DNA of 64,000 bases from Dehalococcoidia bacterium (GTDB lineage Bacteria; Chloroflexota; Dehalococcoidia; Plut-88900): positions 800,001-864,000 of the forward strand of contig CBDFLQ010000007.1 of NCBI GenBank assembly GCA_965249275.1, given 5' to 3'. Numbering within the stretch: the first letter of the stretch is position 1; the number at the start of each line of letters is the position of its first letter. Positions 46,548-57,693 of this stretch are shown in pieces. Below the pieces are notes generated by a model. That model did not search any database and was not told where the DNA came from. It saw only the letters and a list, made by a program, of their open reading frames with translations. A program made the translations under genes and the position numbers.

Positions 46548-49004
46548 TCAGGTTTTAGCCAGCTCGGCGACGGGGCCGACAGTAATCTCCCCGCCGTCGA
46601 CGTCAATGAAGACAGTGTCTCCGGGGCCAAAACGACCCTGCAGCAGTTGCTCGGAGAGGGGGTCTTCGATGACATCCTGAATGACGCGTTTCAGAGGTCT
46701 GGCACCGAAGGTGGGATCGTAGCCCCGGACTGCGAGGAGCTCCTTCGCGCCATCGGAAATCTCCAGGCTAACACCCTTTTCGGTCAGATTGGCCCGTACC
46801 TCATCAAGGAGGAGGTCCACGATCTGCAGAATGTGGTCCCTGGTGAGGGCGTGGAATACCACTATGCCATCAATACGGTTAAGGAACTCAGGTCGGAAGA
46901 AGCGCTTGACCTCGGTAAGAACCTTGTCCTTCATCCGCTCGTATGACTCGCGGGAGGCCTCATTTTCGTCCATTGTGATCGAGAAGCCGAGGGAGTTATC
47001 GCGCTTAATAAGCTCGGCGCCGATGTTGCTTGTCATGACGACAATGCTGTTCCGGAAGTCGACCTTGCGGCCTTTGGCATCGGTCAAATGGCCATCATCG
47101 AATATCTGGAGGAGCAAGTTGAAGACGTCCGGGTGAGCCTTCTCGATTTCGTCCAGAAGGATGGCCGAGTAAGAGCGTCGGCGGACTGCCTCGGTGAGCT
47201 GACCACCCTCCTCATAGCCGATGTATCCGGGAGGAGCCCCGACCAGTCGAGCGACGGCGTGGCGCTCCATGAACTCGGACATGTCGATCCTGATAAGGGA
47301 TTCCTCGGAGCCGAACATGAACTCGGCGAGGGCACGGACTAGATAGGTCTTACCAACACCGGTGGGGCCGAGGAAGATGAAGTTTCCTATGGGCCGGCGG
47401 CGGTCCTTGAGACCGGCCCGCGCTCTGCGTACGGCCTTCGCGACGACATTAATTGCCTCGTCCTGGCCTATGATCTTTTCGTGAAGGGCCTCCTCCATCT
47501 TGAGGAGGCGCTCGATTTCCTCGGTGGCGAGTCGGGTGACGGGAATGCCCGTCCACATACTGACAACCTCGGCAACATCGTCGGCGGTGACATTGGGCCT
47601 GTCCTGGGTCCGCTCGGACTTCCACTCGGTCTCCATGCCTTCCAATTCATCGGCGAGGGACAACTCTTGCTCCCGTAGTTGGGCAGCAGCCTCGTATTTC
47701 TGGGACTGGATGGCAGTCTCTTTGTCCTTCTTGACCGATTCAAGAGCCAGCATGGCATCTTTGAGGTAGACGGGCATGGTCGAGTTGCGGATACGAACTC
47801 GGGAGGAAGCCTCGTCTATAACGTCGATGCCCTTGTCCGGAAGAAAGCGGTCAGTGATATATCGGGAGGCGAGGTTAGCAGCCTCCTGGATCGCTTCGTC
47901 GGTGATATTCAGGTCGTGGTGGTCCTCATATCGGGTCTTCAGTCCTCGGAGGATTTCTATGGTCTCCTCAACAGAGGGTTCCTCTACCCTGATGGGTTGG
48001 AAACGGCGTTCCAGGGCAGGGTCCCTTTCCACTTGCTTACGGTAGTCGTCCAGGGTAGTAGCACCGATGCACTGGAGTTCGCCGCGGGCAAGGGCGGGCT
48101 TGAGCATGTTGGCGGCGTCTACTGCGCCTTCGGCGGCACCCGCGCCAACGATGGTGTGCATTTCATCAATAAATAGGACACAGTTGCCGGAGCTCTTTAT
48201 CTCATCGATCACCTTGCGAAGGCGCTCTTCGAACTCACCGCGGTACTTGGTTCCAGCTACCAAGGCGCCGACGTCAAGGGTGACCAAGCGTTTCCCCTGC
48301 AGGGTATCTGGGACATCAGATGACGCAATTTGCTGGGCAAGGGCCTCGACAATGGAGCTCTTGCCCACACCCGGCTCGCCGATGAGAACAGGATTGTTCT
48401 TGGTTCGCCGACTGAGGATTTGGATGACCCTTTCGATTTCCTTACTGCGTCCGATGACGGGATCCAAGACCCCGTTTCTGGCCTTCTGGGTCAAGTCGAC
48501 GCCTAGCTGGTCAAGGGTCGGGGTCCGGGCGGCACCACGAGAGGACTGTGCCTGGGACTGAGACTGGCTGAGAAGCCGGGTGGTCTCGGCGCGGGCTTTT
48601 TCGAGATTGACGCCTAAGCTTTCAAGGACACCGGCTGCTACTCCGTCACCCTCCCGGAGGAGGCCGATGAGGAGGTGCTCGGTGCCAATGTATTGATGGT
48701 TGAGACGTCGGGCTTCGTCTACGGAGAGCTCAATTACCTTTTTGGCCCTGGGGGTGAGGCCGATCTCGCCGCTGGCGGCTCTCTCCCCGCGACCGATGAT
48801 GAACTCGACGGCAGACCTGACCTTGTTGAGCTGTACGCCGAGATTTACCAATACCTTGGCCGCGACGCACTCTTGTTCCCTAACCAAGCCGAGGAGAATA
48901 TGCTCGGTGCCTATATAGTTGTGGTTGAACTGTTGGGCTTCCTCTTGCGCCAGGGAAAGGACTTTTCGTGCGCTTTCGGAAAACTTCTCAAATCTACTGG
49001 CCAT
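46548..49004 (-). CDS. clpC: ATP-dependent Clp protease ATPase subunit ClpC
   Basis: Two Clp-N repeats, GEPGVGKS and GPTGVGKT Walker A motifs, UVR-like middle domain, LGF loop. Confidence 0.96.
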   Translation of the reverse strand: MASRFEKFSESARKVLSLAQEEAQQFNHNYIGTEHILLGLVREQECVAAKVLVNLGVQLNKVRSAVEFIIGRGERAASGEIGLTPRAKKVIELSVDEARRLNHQYIGTEHLLIGLLREGDGVAAGVLESLGVNLEKARAETTRLLSQSQSQAQSSRGAARTPTLDQLGVDLTQKARNGVLDPVIGRSKEIERVIQILSRRTKNNPVLIGEPGVGKSSIVEALAQQIASSDVPDTLQGKRLVTLDVGALVAGTKYRGEFEERLRKVIDEIKSSGNCVLFIDEMHTIVGAGAAEGAVDAANMLKPALARGELQCIGATTLDDYRKQVERDPALERRFQPIRVEEPSVEETIEILRGLKTRYEDHHDLNITDEAIQEAANLASRYITDRFLPDKGIDVIDEASSRVRIRNSTMPVYLKDAMLALESVKKDKETAIQSQKYEAAAQLREQELSLADELEGMETEWKSERTQDRPNVTADDVAEVVSMWTGIPVTRLATEEIERLLKMEEALHEKIIGQDEAINVVAKAVRRARAGLKDRRRPIGNFIFLGPTGVGKTYLVRALAEFMFGSEESLIRIDMSEFMERHAVARLVGAPPGYIGYEEGGQLTEAVRRRSYSAILLDEIEKAHPDVFNLLLQIFDDGHLTDAKGRKVDFRNSIVVMTSNIGAELIKRDNSLGFSITMDENEASRESYERMKDKVLTEVKRFFRPEFLNRIDGIVVFHALTRDHILQIVDLLLDEVRANLTEKGVSLEISDGAKELLAVRGYDPTFGARPLKRVIQDVIEDPLSEQLLQGRFGPGDTVFIDVDGGEITVGPVAELAKT

Positions 49005-49060
49005 GTGACGCTCCCAACTGGACGAAGGTTACTACGTCCAATAAGTGGGTTATTGCCGTA

Positions 49061-50260
49061 CTAGTCGTCATAATCTCCGTCCCCCATGTCGGACGAGCCG
49101 TAGAACTCATCCCGGTAGCGCTCAGCGAAACCGTATGATCCGACCTGCTTAAGGCTGAGGGCGAGGCGTCTTCTTTCGGGCTCTATTCTCAAGATTTTAA
49201 GGGTCAACTCCTGGCCCTCGGAGACGATGTCGGAGGGGTGACGCACAGGGCCGTCACTTAACTCTGAAATATGGACTAGCCCTTCTATCGCGGGGTCTAG
49301 CCGGGCAAAGGCGCCAAAAGTGGTGACCTTGGTTACGGTTGCCGTGACGGTCTGACCAACGTGGTATTTTTCGTGGATCGACTCCCAAGGCTCGGGGTGG
49401 AGGCGCCGAAAGCTCAGGGCGACTTTCATGGACTCTCGGTCTACTCTAAGGACAAAGACGTCAACCTCATCGCCGATGGCGAGGGACTTTTCGGGAGGCT
49501 CTACCTGGCCCCAAGAGAACTCAGAGAGGTGAACTAGTCCATCTACCCCGCCGATATCTACGAATGCGCCGAATTCCCGAATGCCCGTAACTCGCCCTTT
49601 GCGGACCTGGCCGGTCTCCAATTCAGCGAAGAGAGCTTGCCGCTGCGCTTCTCTCTGTTGCCGCATTACCTGCTTTTCGGAAAGGATGAGGCGGTTGCGA
49701 CGCCGGTTGATTTCGATGACTCTTAGCTTTAGCTTATTGCCTACGAGGTCGGAGAGCGGATTGCGGGTTGGGTCGGCTGAGGGATCGAAGACGATGGGGC
49801 TGGACAGCTGCGACATGGGGACGAATCCCCGTACGCCCTCTACGTTGACCAGAAGGCCACCTTTGTTGAAGTCAACGGCCTCGCCTTCTATGACGTCTCC
49901 GTTGTCGAAGTTCTCCTGGAGTACGTGCCAGCCCTTCTCACCTTGGGCGCGGTCTACGGAGAGGTAAATCTGGCCTTCGCTCTCGTCGGACTGGACTACG
50001 TATACGAGGACGTCGTCACCGAGGCTGAGGGCCTCGATCTCCTCGGCGGAGAAGGTGCGCATCTCACGGACGGGGACCATACCCTCGGTCTTTGCGCCGA
50101 TATCGACCAGGAGGCCCTCCCGGTCTTTCTGAACGATGACCCCCTTGACTATGTCGCCGCGTCTAATGGTGGCGACATTTTCGGCCTCGTCCAGAAGTTG
50201 CTGCATTCCGTAGGAGGAACTGTCTTGGGGTTCGGTCTCTTGTCCTTCGGAATTGTTCAT
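49061..50260 (-). CDS. rpsA: 30S ribosomal protein S1 (four S1 domains)
   Basis: Repeated FGAFV...GLVHLSE S1 motifs. Confidence 0.9.
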   Translation of the reverse strand: MNNSEGQETEPQDSSSYGMQQLLDEAENVATIRRGDIVKGVIVQKDREGLLVDIGAKTEGMVPVREMRTFSAEEIEALSLGDDVLVYVVQSDESEGQIYLSVDRAQGEKGWHVLQENFDNGDVIEGEAVDFNKGGLLVNVEGVRGFVPMSQLSSPIVFDPSADPTRNPLSDLVGNKLKLRVIEINRRRNRLILSEKQVMRQQREAQRQALFAELETGQVRKGRVTGIREFGAFVDIGGVDGLVHLSEFSWGQVEPPEKSLAIGDEVDVFVLRVDRESMKVALSFRRLHPEPWESIHEKYHVGQTVTATVTKVTTFGAFARLDPAIEGLVHISELSDGPVRHPSDIVSEGQELTLKILRIEPERRRLALSLKQVGSYGFAERYRDEFYGSSDMGDGDYDD

Positions 50261-50555
50261 AAGCTTGTATTCAATTATATTTAACCCTTGGTTGGGTGTA
50301 AAGGTAAGACAGTGTTACCGAAATGAGGATAAGGCATTGTATGGGGTTTAGGTTTCGGAATGCAAGGGGGAAAGGATGTCCCTCTGCCTGCTCCCGGAGA
50401 GGTTATTTTGGACATGGGTAAACGCAGTGGGTTTTTCACGTCCGAAAGGAAGTGGAAGCCCCCTGGCAATTATTTGAAGAATCAAGCAGCTAGTACATAT
50501 TTTGACACATCGTCAGCGATATGAAGAATGGTCAGAGGTTGAGGACAAGGAGGTT

Positions 50556-50584
50556 TTGCGCGGGTATAGGGGCTGTGTTATACT
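50556..50584 (+). promoter_or_regulatory. sigma70-like promoter of rpsO-pnp
   Basis: TTGCGC-N17-TATACT with extended -10 TG. Confidence 0.6.
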
Positions 50585-50614
50585 GCGCCCCGAAAACTAG
50601 GAGATTTAGATTTT

Positions 50615-50878
50615 TTGGACCCACAGCTAAAGCAAGAAATAATCGGTTCGTACCAGCTTCACGAAAGCGACTCAGGGTCGGCAGAAGTGCAGATAGCCCT
50701 ACTGACAAACAGGATAGGGTCTATCACCGGGCACCTGAGAATTCACAAGCACGATTATCACAGCCAGCGGGGTCTGCTTAAACTTGTTGGCCAACGCAGG
50801 CGGCTTCTCGAGTATCTGAACCGTGAGGATGTGGCGCGCTACCGCTCCATGATCTCCAGGTTGGGACTGAGAAGATAG
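50615..50878 (+). CDS. rpsO: 30S ribosomal protein S15
   Basis: [29 protein letters not shown]; TTG start. Confidence 0.97.
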   Translation: MDPQLKQEIIGSYQLHESDSGSAEVQIALLTNRIGSITGHLRIHKHDYHSQRGLLKLVGQRRRLLEYLNREDVARYRSMISRLGLRR

Positions 50879-50907
50879 ATCTGCGCACGGCCTGATACGG
50901 ACCATAC

Positions 50908-53160
50908 TTGACATCAGCTAAAACTTTTCAACGAGACTTGGGCGGCCTACCCCTCTATTTAGGCACAGGAAAACTCGCAAATCAGGCCCATGGCGCGGTT
51001 ACCGTCGTATACGGCGATACCGTAGTCTTGGTAACTGCTTGCGTATCGGCGCAACCCCGACCTGGCATCGACTTCCTCCCTCTTACCATCGACCTTGAAG
51101 AACGGCACTACGCGGCCGGCAAGATTCCCGGCAGCTTCTTCAAAAGGGAAGGGAGACCGGGGGTCGATGCCATTCTCACGGGGCGAATGATCGATCGGCC
51201 ACTTAGGCCGCTTTTCCCCAAGGGATTACGCAACGACGTCCAGATAATCGCCACCGTGCTTTCGACAGACCGGGAGCACGAGCCCTCTATACCGGCGACA
51301 ATCGGGGCATCCGCGGCGCTTTCCATATCTGAGATACCGTTCGACGGGCCGATCGGCGGGTCCCGTGTGGGTTACATCGACGGGGAATTCGTGCTGAACC
51401 CCACTTACACTCAACTTCTTAAGAGCGATCTAGACCTGGTGGTCGTCGGGAATAAGGATGCGGTAGTGATGGTGGAGGCAGGCGTCAACGAGTTGCCCGA
51501 TGACCTGGTCTTGGAAGCCGTGAAGTTCGGGCAGGAAGCTAATCTAATAGTCATCGATCTGCAGGAAGAGATGGTCTCGGCCTGCGGTAAGACCAAGATG
51601 AAGTTGTCCGCGACAGCGGCTACTAACCCCGCACTTGAAAAGGCGGTGCTGGACCTGGTCGGCGAACGGCTGAGGTCGACCAGCAAGGTGGTTAGGCGTG
51701 AGGAGCGGGAGTCGGCGATAGAGGACCTGGAGAAGGAAGCTGCCTCCATACTGGCGGATAAGTTCCCCGGTGAGGCAGTGGGGGATGTCGTGCGGGCGCA
51801 GGTGAAGAAGATAGTCCGAACGAACATCCTGGACACGGGTACAAGGCCGGATGGCCGAGATCTGGAAGAGTTTCGCCACATCGAATGCGAGGTGGGGCTA
51901 CTTCCAAGGACTCACGGCAGCGGGCTATTCACCCGGGGCCAGACCCAGGTGCTATCGGTGACAACCCTTTCGTCCGCTGGCGATGCCCAGAAGATTGATA
52001 ATATCAGCCAGCACACCAGAAAACGGTTCATGCACCACTACAACTTCCCGCCCTACAGTGTGGGGGAGACGGGAAGGATAGGTTCGCCGGGACGCAGGGA
52101 GATAGGCCACGGAGCCTTGGCCGAGAAGTCGCTCATTCCAGTGATACCCAGTGAAGAGGACTTCCCCTACGCCATAAGACTGGTGTCGGAAGCCCTCAGC
52201 TCGAACGGCAGCACTTCGATGGCCAGCGTTTGTGGCAGCAGTCTGGCACTCATGGACGCAGGCGTGCCGATATCCCGTCCGGTGGCGGGTGTTGCCATGG
52301 GCCTGATCACCGATGAGAACGGCCGATACTCGGTGTTGACGGACATTGCGGGCATCGAGGACTTCATGGGAGACATGGACTTCAAGGTTGCCGGCACCTC
52401 AAAGGGGATGACGGGCTGGCAGATGGACCTGAAGATCAAAGGTCTCAGCTTCGAGATAATGGAGAAAGCCCTCAAACAGGCCGTCGCAGGCCGGATGCAC
52501 GTCCTGGACCTGATGAACAAAACGATCCAGCAGGCCCGTCCTGACCTCAGCGAGTACGCCCCGCGGATGACGAAAGTAACCATCGACAAAGAGAAGATCG
52601 GTCTGGTGATCGGGCCAGGTGGCAAGACCATAAGGTCGATCGTCGAGACTACTGGGGCGACCATAGACGTTGAGGACGACGGCACCGTGATAATCGGCTC
52701 GTCCAACGCTGAAGCTGCCAAACGGGCCGCGGATATGATACGGGGTTTGACCAGAGAGGTTGAGGTAGGGGAGCAGTACACCGGCAAAGTGGTGCGAATT
52801 ATGAACTTCGGGGCGTTCGTGGAGATTCTGCCGGGCAAGGACGGACTGGTGCACATCAGCGAACTGGCTGACTACCGGGTGGAGTCGGTGGAGGACGAAG
52901 TCAAAGTAGGTGATGAGATCTCGGTGCTGGTAACGGAGATTGACTCGATGGGGCGGATAAACCTGTCCCGGAGGGCCGTGTTGGAAGGCGGATCGGGACT
53001 CGGACCGGAAGATGGCCGATCTAATTCGGGAGACCGTAATTCCGGGTCGGGCGGGGGCTACAGGTCGGGGAACCGCGACAGAGGACCCCAAGACCGGCGT
53101 CCGCCACGTGGCGACAGGCCGCAGAGCAGATTTTCGGGGAACCGGGACCGGAGACGGTAG
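50908..53160 (+). CDS. pnp: Polyribonucleotide nucleotidyltransferase
   Basis: AGKIPGSFFKREG, RREIGHG, SNGSTSMAS, GDMDFKVAG, KH and S1 domains. Confidence 0.98.
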   Translation: MTSAKTFQRDLGGLPLYLGTGKLANQAHGAVTVVYGDTVVLVTACVSAQPRPGIDFLPLTIDLEERHYAAGKIPGSFFKREGRPGVDAILTGRMIDRPLRPLFPKGLRNDVQIIATVLSTDREHEPSIPATIGASAALSISEIPFDGPIGGSRVGYIDGEFVLNPTYTQLLKSDLDLVVVGNKDAVVMVEAGVNELPDDLVLEAVKFGQEANLIVIDLQEEMVSACGKTKMKLSATAATNPALEKAVLDLVGERLRSTSKVVRREERESAIEDLEKEAASILADKFPGEAVGDVVRAQVKKIVRTNILDTGTRPDGRDLEEFRHIECEVGLLPRTHGSGLFTRGQTQVLSVTTLSSAGDAQKIDNISQHTRKRFMHHYNFPPYSVGETGRIGSPGRREIGHGALAEKSLIPVIPSEEDFPYAIRLVSEALSSNGSTSMASVCGSSLALMDAGVPISRPVAGVAMGLITDENGRYSVLTDIAGIEDFMGDMDFKVAGTSKGMTGWQMDLKIKGLSFEIMEKALKQAVAGRMHVLDLMNKTIQQARPDLSEYAPRMTKVTIDKEKIGLVIGPGGKTIRSIVETTGATIDVEDDGTVIIGSSNAEAAKRAADMIRGLTREVEVGEQYTGKVVRIMNFGAFVEILPGKDGLVHISELADYRVESVEDEVKVGDEISVLVTEIDSMGRINLSRRAVLEGGSGLGPEDGRSNSGDRNSGSGGGYRSGNRDRGPQDRRPPRGDRPQSRFSGNRDRRR

Positions 53161-53192
53161 CACGGCAACCCTGAGACCAGGGAGGAAACGCC

Positions 53193-53993
53193 GTGGCAAT
53201 TCTCAAAGTAGCTGTTCAAGGGGCAACCGGTCGCGTAGGCACGGAGATACTCTCCGCAGTATGCAACCATCCAGCGATGCGCGTGGAGGGTGCAGTCTCC
53301 CTGGACGCCGACGGCTCGCCCTTATCGCTTCCAGATAACTCGGGGACTGTGCCCCACACTCTGGACTTTCCATCCCTTCTTCAACACGTCAAGCCCGACG
53401 TAGTGGTGGACTTTAGCCAGACTGAGGGTGCCCTCGCGACGGCACGATATGCCATAGAGAACGGTGTGCACGTTGTGATAGGAACCTCCGGGTTGACGGG
53501 GGAGCAAGTGTCGGAGCTGGACGCGCTGTGCCAACAGCATGGGGTGGGTGGGGTGATAGCGCCGAATTTCGCCCTGGGGGCGGTTCTGATGATCCACATG
53601 TCCAAGATTGCGAGCAAGTACTTCGACTACGCAGAGGTCATCGAGCGACACCACGAGACAAAGATAGACGCTCCATCGGGCACGGCGCTGGCGACTGCCG
53701 AAGATATGGTGAAGGCCAAGGGCAAACCGTTCAAACTTTCGGTAACCGAGAAAGTTAACCTGGCCGGGTCCCGAGGCGCGGAGGTCGGTGGAGTGGCAGT
53801 GCACAGTCTGAGGCCACAGGGCTCGGTAGCTCACCAAGAGGTGATATTCGGGGGTCTGGGCCAGACCCTAACCATTCGACACGACACCTCTGGCAGGCTT
53901 TGCTACATGCCAGGTGTGCTCATGGCGCTGGAGGCTGCGCCCAAGCGAGTAGGGATAGTCTTCGGACTCGACGCCCTTCTGGGTCTTGACTAA
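53193..53993 (+). CDS. dapB: 4-hydroxy-tetrahydrodipicolinate reductase
   Basis: GATGRVG, APNFALG, ERHHETKIDAPSGTA. Confidence 0.96.
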   Translation: MAILKVAVQGATGRVGTEILSAVCNHPAMRVEGAVSLDADGSPLSLPDNSGTVPHTLDFPSLLQHVKPDVVVDFSQTEGALATARYAIENGVHVVIGTSGLTGEQVSELDALCQQHGVGGVIAPNFALGAVLMIHMSKIASKYFDYAEVIERHHETKIDAPSGTALATAEDMVKAKGKPFKLSVTEKVNLAGSRGAEVGGVAVHSLRPQGSVAHQEVIFGGLGQTLTIRHDTSGRLCYMPGVLMALEAAPKRVGIVFGLDALLGLD

Positions 53994-54063
53994 ATCCTGC
54001 CAGGTTCTATTATTCCACCCTATAGATATACGCGCGCCTCGCGCTGAGGCCTGAGATATAGAT

Positions 54064-55128
54064 ATGTCAAGAGAAGCTAGCGTAGCAATAGCCGGCGCCA
54101 CAGGCCTGGTGGGCCGGCAGTTCATCAGCATTCTGGAGGAACGGAATTTCCCGATGTCCTCCATCCGCTTGCTGGCCTCGGAGCGGTCCGAAGGCAAGAT
54201 AATGCGGGTCAACGGCGATAAGGTGGAAGTGGAGCGACTGCACGAAGGTTCATTCGAAGGGGTGGACATCGTGTTGTTTTCCGCGGGGTCGGGAGTGAGC
54301 CGCAAGTATTCCCCGATAGCGGCGGAATGCGGTGCGATAGTGGTGGACAACAGCAAGGCTTTCAGGATGGAAGAGACCGTCCCCTTAGTAGTCCCCGAGG
54401 TAAACGGCAGTGACGCCCTTCAGCACCAGGGAATCATCGCCAACCCCAACTGCTCGACGATTCAGTTAGTCGTGGCTCTGAACCCGATCCACCAGGTAAA
54501 CCCGATCAAGAGGGTCATCGTAGACACCTATCAATCGGTGTCGGGAGCCGGGGAGGCCGGGGTACGGGAGTTGGAGGAGCAAGCGAAAGCAGCTGTGTCG
54601 GGCGGGGAGGCCAAGGCCGAGAAGATGCCCCACCCGATAGCGTTCAACGTGATACCGGAAATCGACACACTGCTGGACAACGGATATTTCAACGAAGAGT
54701 GGAAGATAGTGCAGGAGACCCGCAAGATAATGCACGCTCCTGAGATGGCGATATCGGCGACGGCGGTGCGGGTGCCCGTTTACGTGAGCCATAGCGAGGC
54801 CGTACACCTGGAACTCACAGAACCCATGAGCCCGGACGAGGTAAGAGAAATCCTTGCCCGTGCCCCGGGCGTCACAGTGATAGACAACCCTGCAGCAAGC
54901 CAGTATCCGCTTCCTGCCTCAGCGGCAGGAACCGACGACGTCTACGTTGGCCGGATCAGAAAAGATGTATCCCACCCTAACGGTATTGCCATGTGGGTGG
55001 TGGCAGACAACGTTCGCAAGGGCGCGGCTTTGAATACGGTGCAGATTGCCGAGATACTGGTCTCGGGGGGAGAGAATGGGTCTGTAGCATCTGGTCTCGT
55101 TCCAGTTGGCCGAGCCACGTCCCTCTAG
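54064..55128 (+). CDS. asd: Aspartate-semialdehyde dehydrogenase
   Basis: GATGLVG, ANPNCST, YQSVSGAG, DNVRKGAA. Confidence 0.97.
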   Translation: MSREASVAIAGATGLVGRQFISILEERNFPMSSIRLLASERSEGKIMRVNGDKVEVERLHEGSFEGVDIVLFSAGSGVSRKYSPIAAECGAIVVDNSKAFRMEETVPLVVPEVNGSDALQHQGIIANPNCSTIQLVVALNPIHQVNPIKRVIVDTYQSVSGAGEAGVRELEEQAKAAVSGGEAKAEKMPHPIAFNVIPEIDTLLDNGYFNEEWKIVQETRKIMHAPEMAISATAVRVPVYVSHSEAVHLELTEPMSPDEVREILARAPGVTVIDNPAASQYPLPASAAGTDDVYVGRIRKDVSHPNGIAMWVVADNVRKGAALNTVQIAEILVSGGENGSVASGLVPVGRATSL

Positions 55129-55237
55129 TAATCGAAGTTGATATGCCGCCCTCTGCGAACCAGGCACGGGCGGCATAGTGCATAATGGAGGCCGTAAGGC
55201 CTGCTAGTGACCGCAACGTAGCGAAGGGAGGGAAAAG

Positions 55238-56140
55238 ATGGTGGAGATAGGAAGACTGCTCACCGCTATGGTGACCCCATTTGATAAATCCGGGGAGGTC
55301 GACTACGACGCGGCGAAACGCTTGGCCTCGGCCCTAATCGACTCAGGCAGTGACGGCTTGGTGGTCACGGGAACAACCGGGGAATCGCCGACACTTACGT
55401 CGGAGGAGAAGATCCAGCTCTGGGCGGAGGTGAAGGCGGAGATTGGCGACCGGGGATCGGTGATAGCAGGGTCGGGCAGCTACTGCACCGCCGAATCGGC
55501 GGAGCTTACCCGAGAAGCGGAGAAGGTGGGAGCGGATGGTGCGCTTCTGGTAGTGCCTTACTACAACAAACCCCCGCAGGACGGGCTGTACGAGCACTTT
55601 GCCTATATAGCGAGAAGTACGTCGCTCCCTTGTATCATCTACAACGTGCCGAGCCGCACGGTGACGAACATCCAGGCCGACACGGTGGTCAAGCTCAGCG
55701 AGATCGACAACATAGTCGGCATTAAAGAAGCCAGCGCCGACTTCGAACAGATAACGAAGATAATTTCGGGGGTCGGGCCCGCATTCAAGGTGTGGAGCGG
55801 GAACGACGGCGACACCCTGCCGATCATGGCGCTGGGTGGATACGGCGTTGTGAGCGTTTTGTCCCATCTGGTTGGGGTTCAGATCAAAAAGATGATTGAC
55901 AGCTTCGTAGACGGCGGCAATGAAGTAGCCGCAGGGATTCACGGCAGGCTTCTGCCCCTGGTGAACAGCATGTTCGTCGTATCCAACCCGATCCCGCTAA
56001 AGTATGCGATGCGAATGATCGGGTTTGACGTCGGGGGGACGAGGCTGCCTTTGATCGGGCCGGACGAAGCCACGGGGGCCAAGATCATGGCCGAGGTGGT
56101 GAAGCACACCATGGACTTGCCCATTCCGGCAAAAGTCTAA
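55238..56140 (+). CDS. dapA: 4-hydroxy-tetrahydrodipicolinate synthase
   Basis: GTTGESPTL, PYYNKP, YNVPSRT, GIKEAS. Confidence 0.97.
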   Translation: MVEIGRLLTAMVTPFDKSGEVDYDAAKRLASALIDSGSDGLVVTGTTGESPTLTSEEKIQLWAEVKAEIGDRGSVIAGSGSYCTAESAELTREAEKVGADGALLVVPYYNKPPQDGLYEHFAYIARSTSLPCIIYNVPSRTVTNIQADTVVKLSEIDNIVGIKEASADFEQITKIISGVGPAFKVWSGNDGDTLPIMALGGYGVVSVLSHLVGVQIKKMIDSFVDGGNEVAAGIHGRLLPLVNSMFVVSNPIPLKYAMRMIGFDVGGTRLPLIGPDEATGAKIMAEVVKHTMDLPIPAKV

Positions 56141-56162
56141 GCAAAAGGATAGATAAAGCACC

Positions 56163-56189
56163 GAAGGGGTCGGCAATGCCGACCCCTTC
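56163..56189. terminator. Hairpin between convergent dapA and purA
   Basis: gaaggggtcggca-a-tgccgaccccttc. Confidence 0.75.
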
Positions 56190-56221
56190 ATCGTTTTCGG
56201 AATGTTGGAGTAGATGTTGGG

Positions 56222-57514
56222 TCAGGGAAGAGGGCGGAGGAAGATGGACTCCTCGCGGCGGGGCCCCACGGCAATCAGATCGATGGGCGCGGAGATTAGT
56301 TCCTGGATACGCTCCACGTATTGGCGTGCTTGCGGGGGCAAGTCCTCAAAGCTGCGTGCTTCTCGGGTGGAGGTGAGCCAACCTGGGAGCTCTTCGTATA
56401 CAGGCTGACACTTGGCCAGGGCTGCGGCGCTGGCTGGTGGGTCGGTGAGCACGGAGCCGTTAAGCCGGTAGCCGGTGCAAATCTTAAGAGTCTCCATTTC
56501 ATCTAGGACGTCCAAACGGGTCAGGGCGACTGAGGTGTAGCCGTTTATCATGGAAGAATAGCGGCCCAGAACGGCGTCAAACCATCCGCATCGCCGAGGG
56601 CGGCCGGTGGTAGTGCCGTACTCGACGGCCTTCTCGCGAATGTGATGGCCGATCTCATCGAGGAGCTCGGTAGGGAAGGGTCCGGTCCCCACCCGAGTCG
56701 AGTAGCTCTTATAAACGCCAATCACAGAGCCAACCATTCTCGGGCTCAGTCCAGCGCCTTGGGCAGACCCCGCAGCTATGGGCGCCGACGAGGTGACGAA
56801 GGGATAGGTCCCGAAGTCGGGGTCCAGCAGGGCACCCTGGGCACCCTCCATGATGACGAGAGCGTCTTCCTCTGCGGCTTTGCGGATTGCGATCTCGGTC
56901 TGTCCTATAAAAGGCCGAAGTCTTTCGCCGTATTCACGATATTCTTCGAAGATGTCTTCAAGGGACAGGGGATCGACACCGTAGAGCTTGGTGAGCAGGG
57001 TATTCTTGTAATTGAGGGCTTCTTCCAAGCGTTCGCGGAAGGGGTCGGGGTCCAGGAGTTCCCCGACACGGATTCCGAGTCGGCCGGTCTTGTCCATGTA
57101 AGCTGGGCCAATGCCCTTTTTGGTAGTGCCAATGGCCTTTGCCCCTCGGGCCGCTTCCTCCAACTCGTCTAGAAGGATGTGGTAGGGCATGATGAGGTGG
57201 GCGCGGTCGCTAATAAGGAGACGCTTGCCCGGCGTTAGGTCTACGCGATGGTCTTCCAGGTCTTTGATTTCTGAGAGAAGAGCCGGAGGGTGGATTACGA
57301 CGCCGTTGGCAAGCACGCAGGTGGCCTTCGGGTTAAATACACCTGCGGGAACCATGTGGAGTTTGAACTCCCCATAGGCGTTCATAACGGTGTGGCCGGC
57401 GTTGTTACCGCCACCATACCTGACTATAAAGTCGGCATCCTCAGAGAGGAGATCGACGATTTTACCTTTGCCTTCGTCGCCCCATTGGGCGCCGACAATT
57501 GCTACTACTGGCAC
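56222..57514 (-). CDS. purA: Adenylosuccinate synthetase
   Basis: GAQWGDEGKGK, NAGHT, EGAQG, GTTTGRPRRCGW; GTG start at 57514. Confidence 0.97.
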   Translation of the reverse strand: MPVVAIVGAQWGDEGKGKIVDLLSEDADFIVRYGGGNNAGHTVMNAYGEFKLHMVPAGVFNPKATCVLANGVVIHPPALLSEIKDLEDHRVDLTPGKRLLISDRAHLIMPYHILLDELEEAARGAKAIGTTKKGIGPAYMDKTGRLGIRVGELLDPDPFRERLEEALNYKNTLLTKLYGVDPLSLEDIFEEYREYGERLRPFIGQTEIAIRKAAEEDALVIMEGAQGALLDPDFGTYPFVTSSAPIAAGSAQGAGLSPRMVGSVIGVYKSYSTRVGTGPFPTELLDEIGHHIREKAVEYGTTTGRPRRCGWFDAVLGRYSSMINGYTSVALTRLDVLDEMETLKICTGYRLNGSVLTDPPASAAALAKCQPVYEELPGWLTSTREARSFEDLPPQARQYVERIQELISAPIDLIAVGPRREESIFLRPLP

Positions 57515-57665
57515 CTTAGGTCCTTTCGTATTCGGTCTCGGGTCCGGGCCGTCGGGGAGTATAACACGGGTGCGCCCCTCCCCCCACCCCAGCACACGAT
57601 TTTAAGCATTAGAGGGTGCTACGCGTTGCTTGAAATTGCGAACCCATATAGCTTTTTAATGTAGC

Positions 57666-57693
57666 TTGACAGGCAAAGAAGGCTAGTTATACT
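57666..57693 (+). promoter_or_regulatory. sigma70-like promoter
   Basis: TTGACA-N16-TATACT in the AT-rich divergent intergenic region. Confidence 0.5.

Noticed and set aside
50491-50506. tagtacatattttgac as a second LexA-like box
   Set aside because: Only one half-site matches; not palindromic.
50585-50614. S15 leader RNA
   Set aside because: The predicted promoter leaves only about 25 nt of leader, and no structure is visible.
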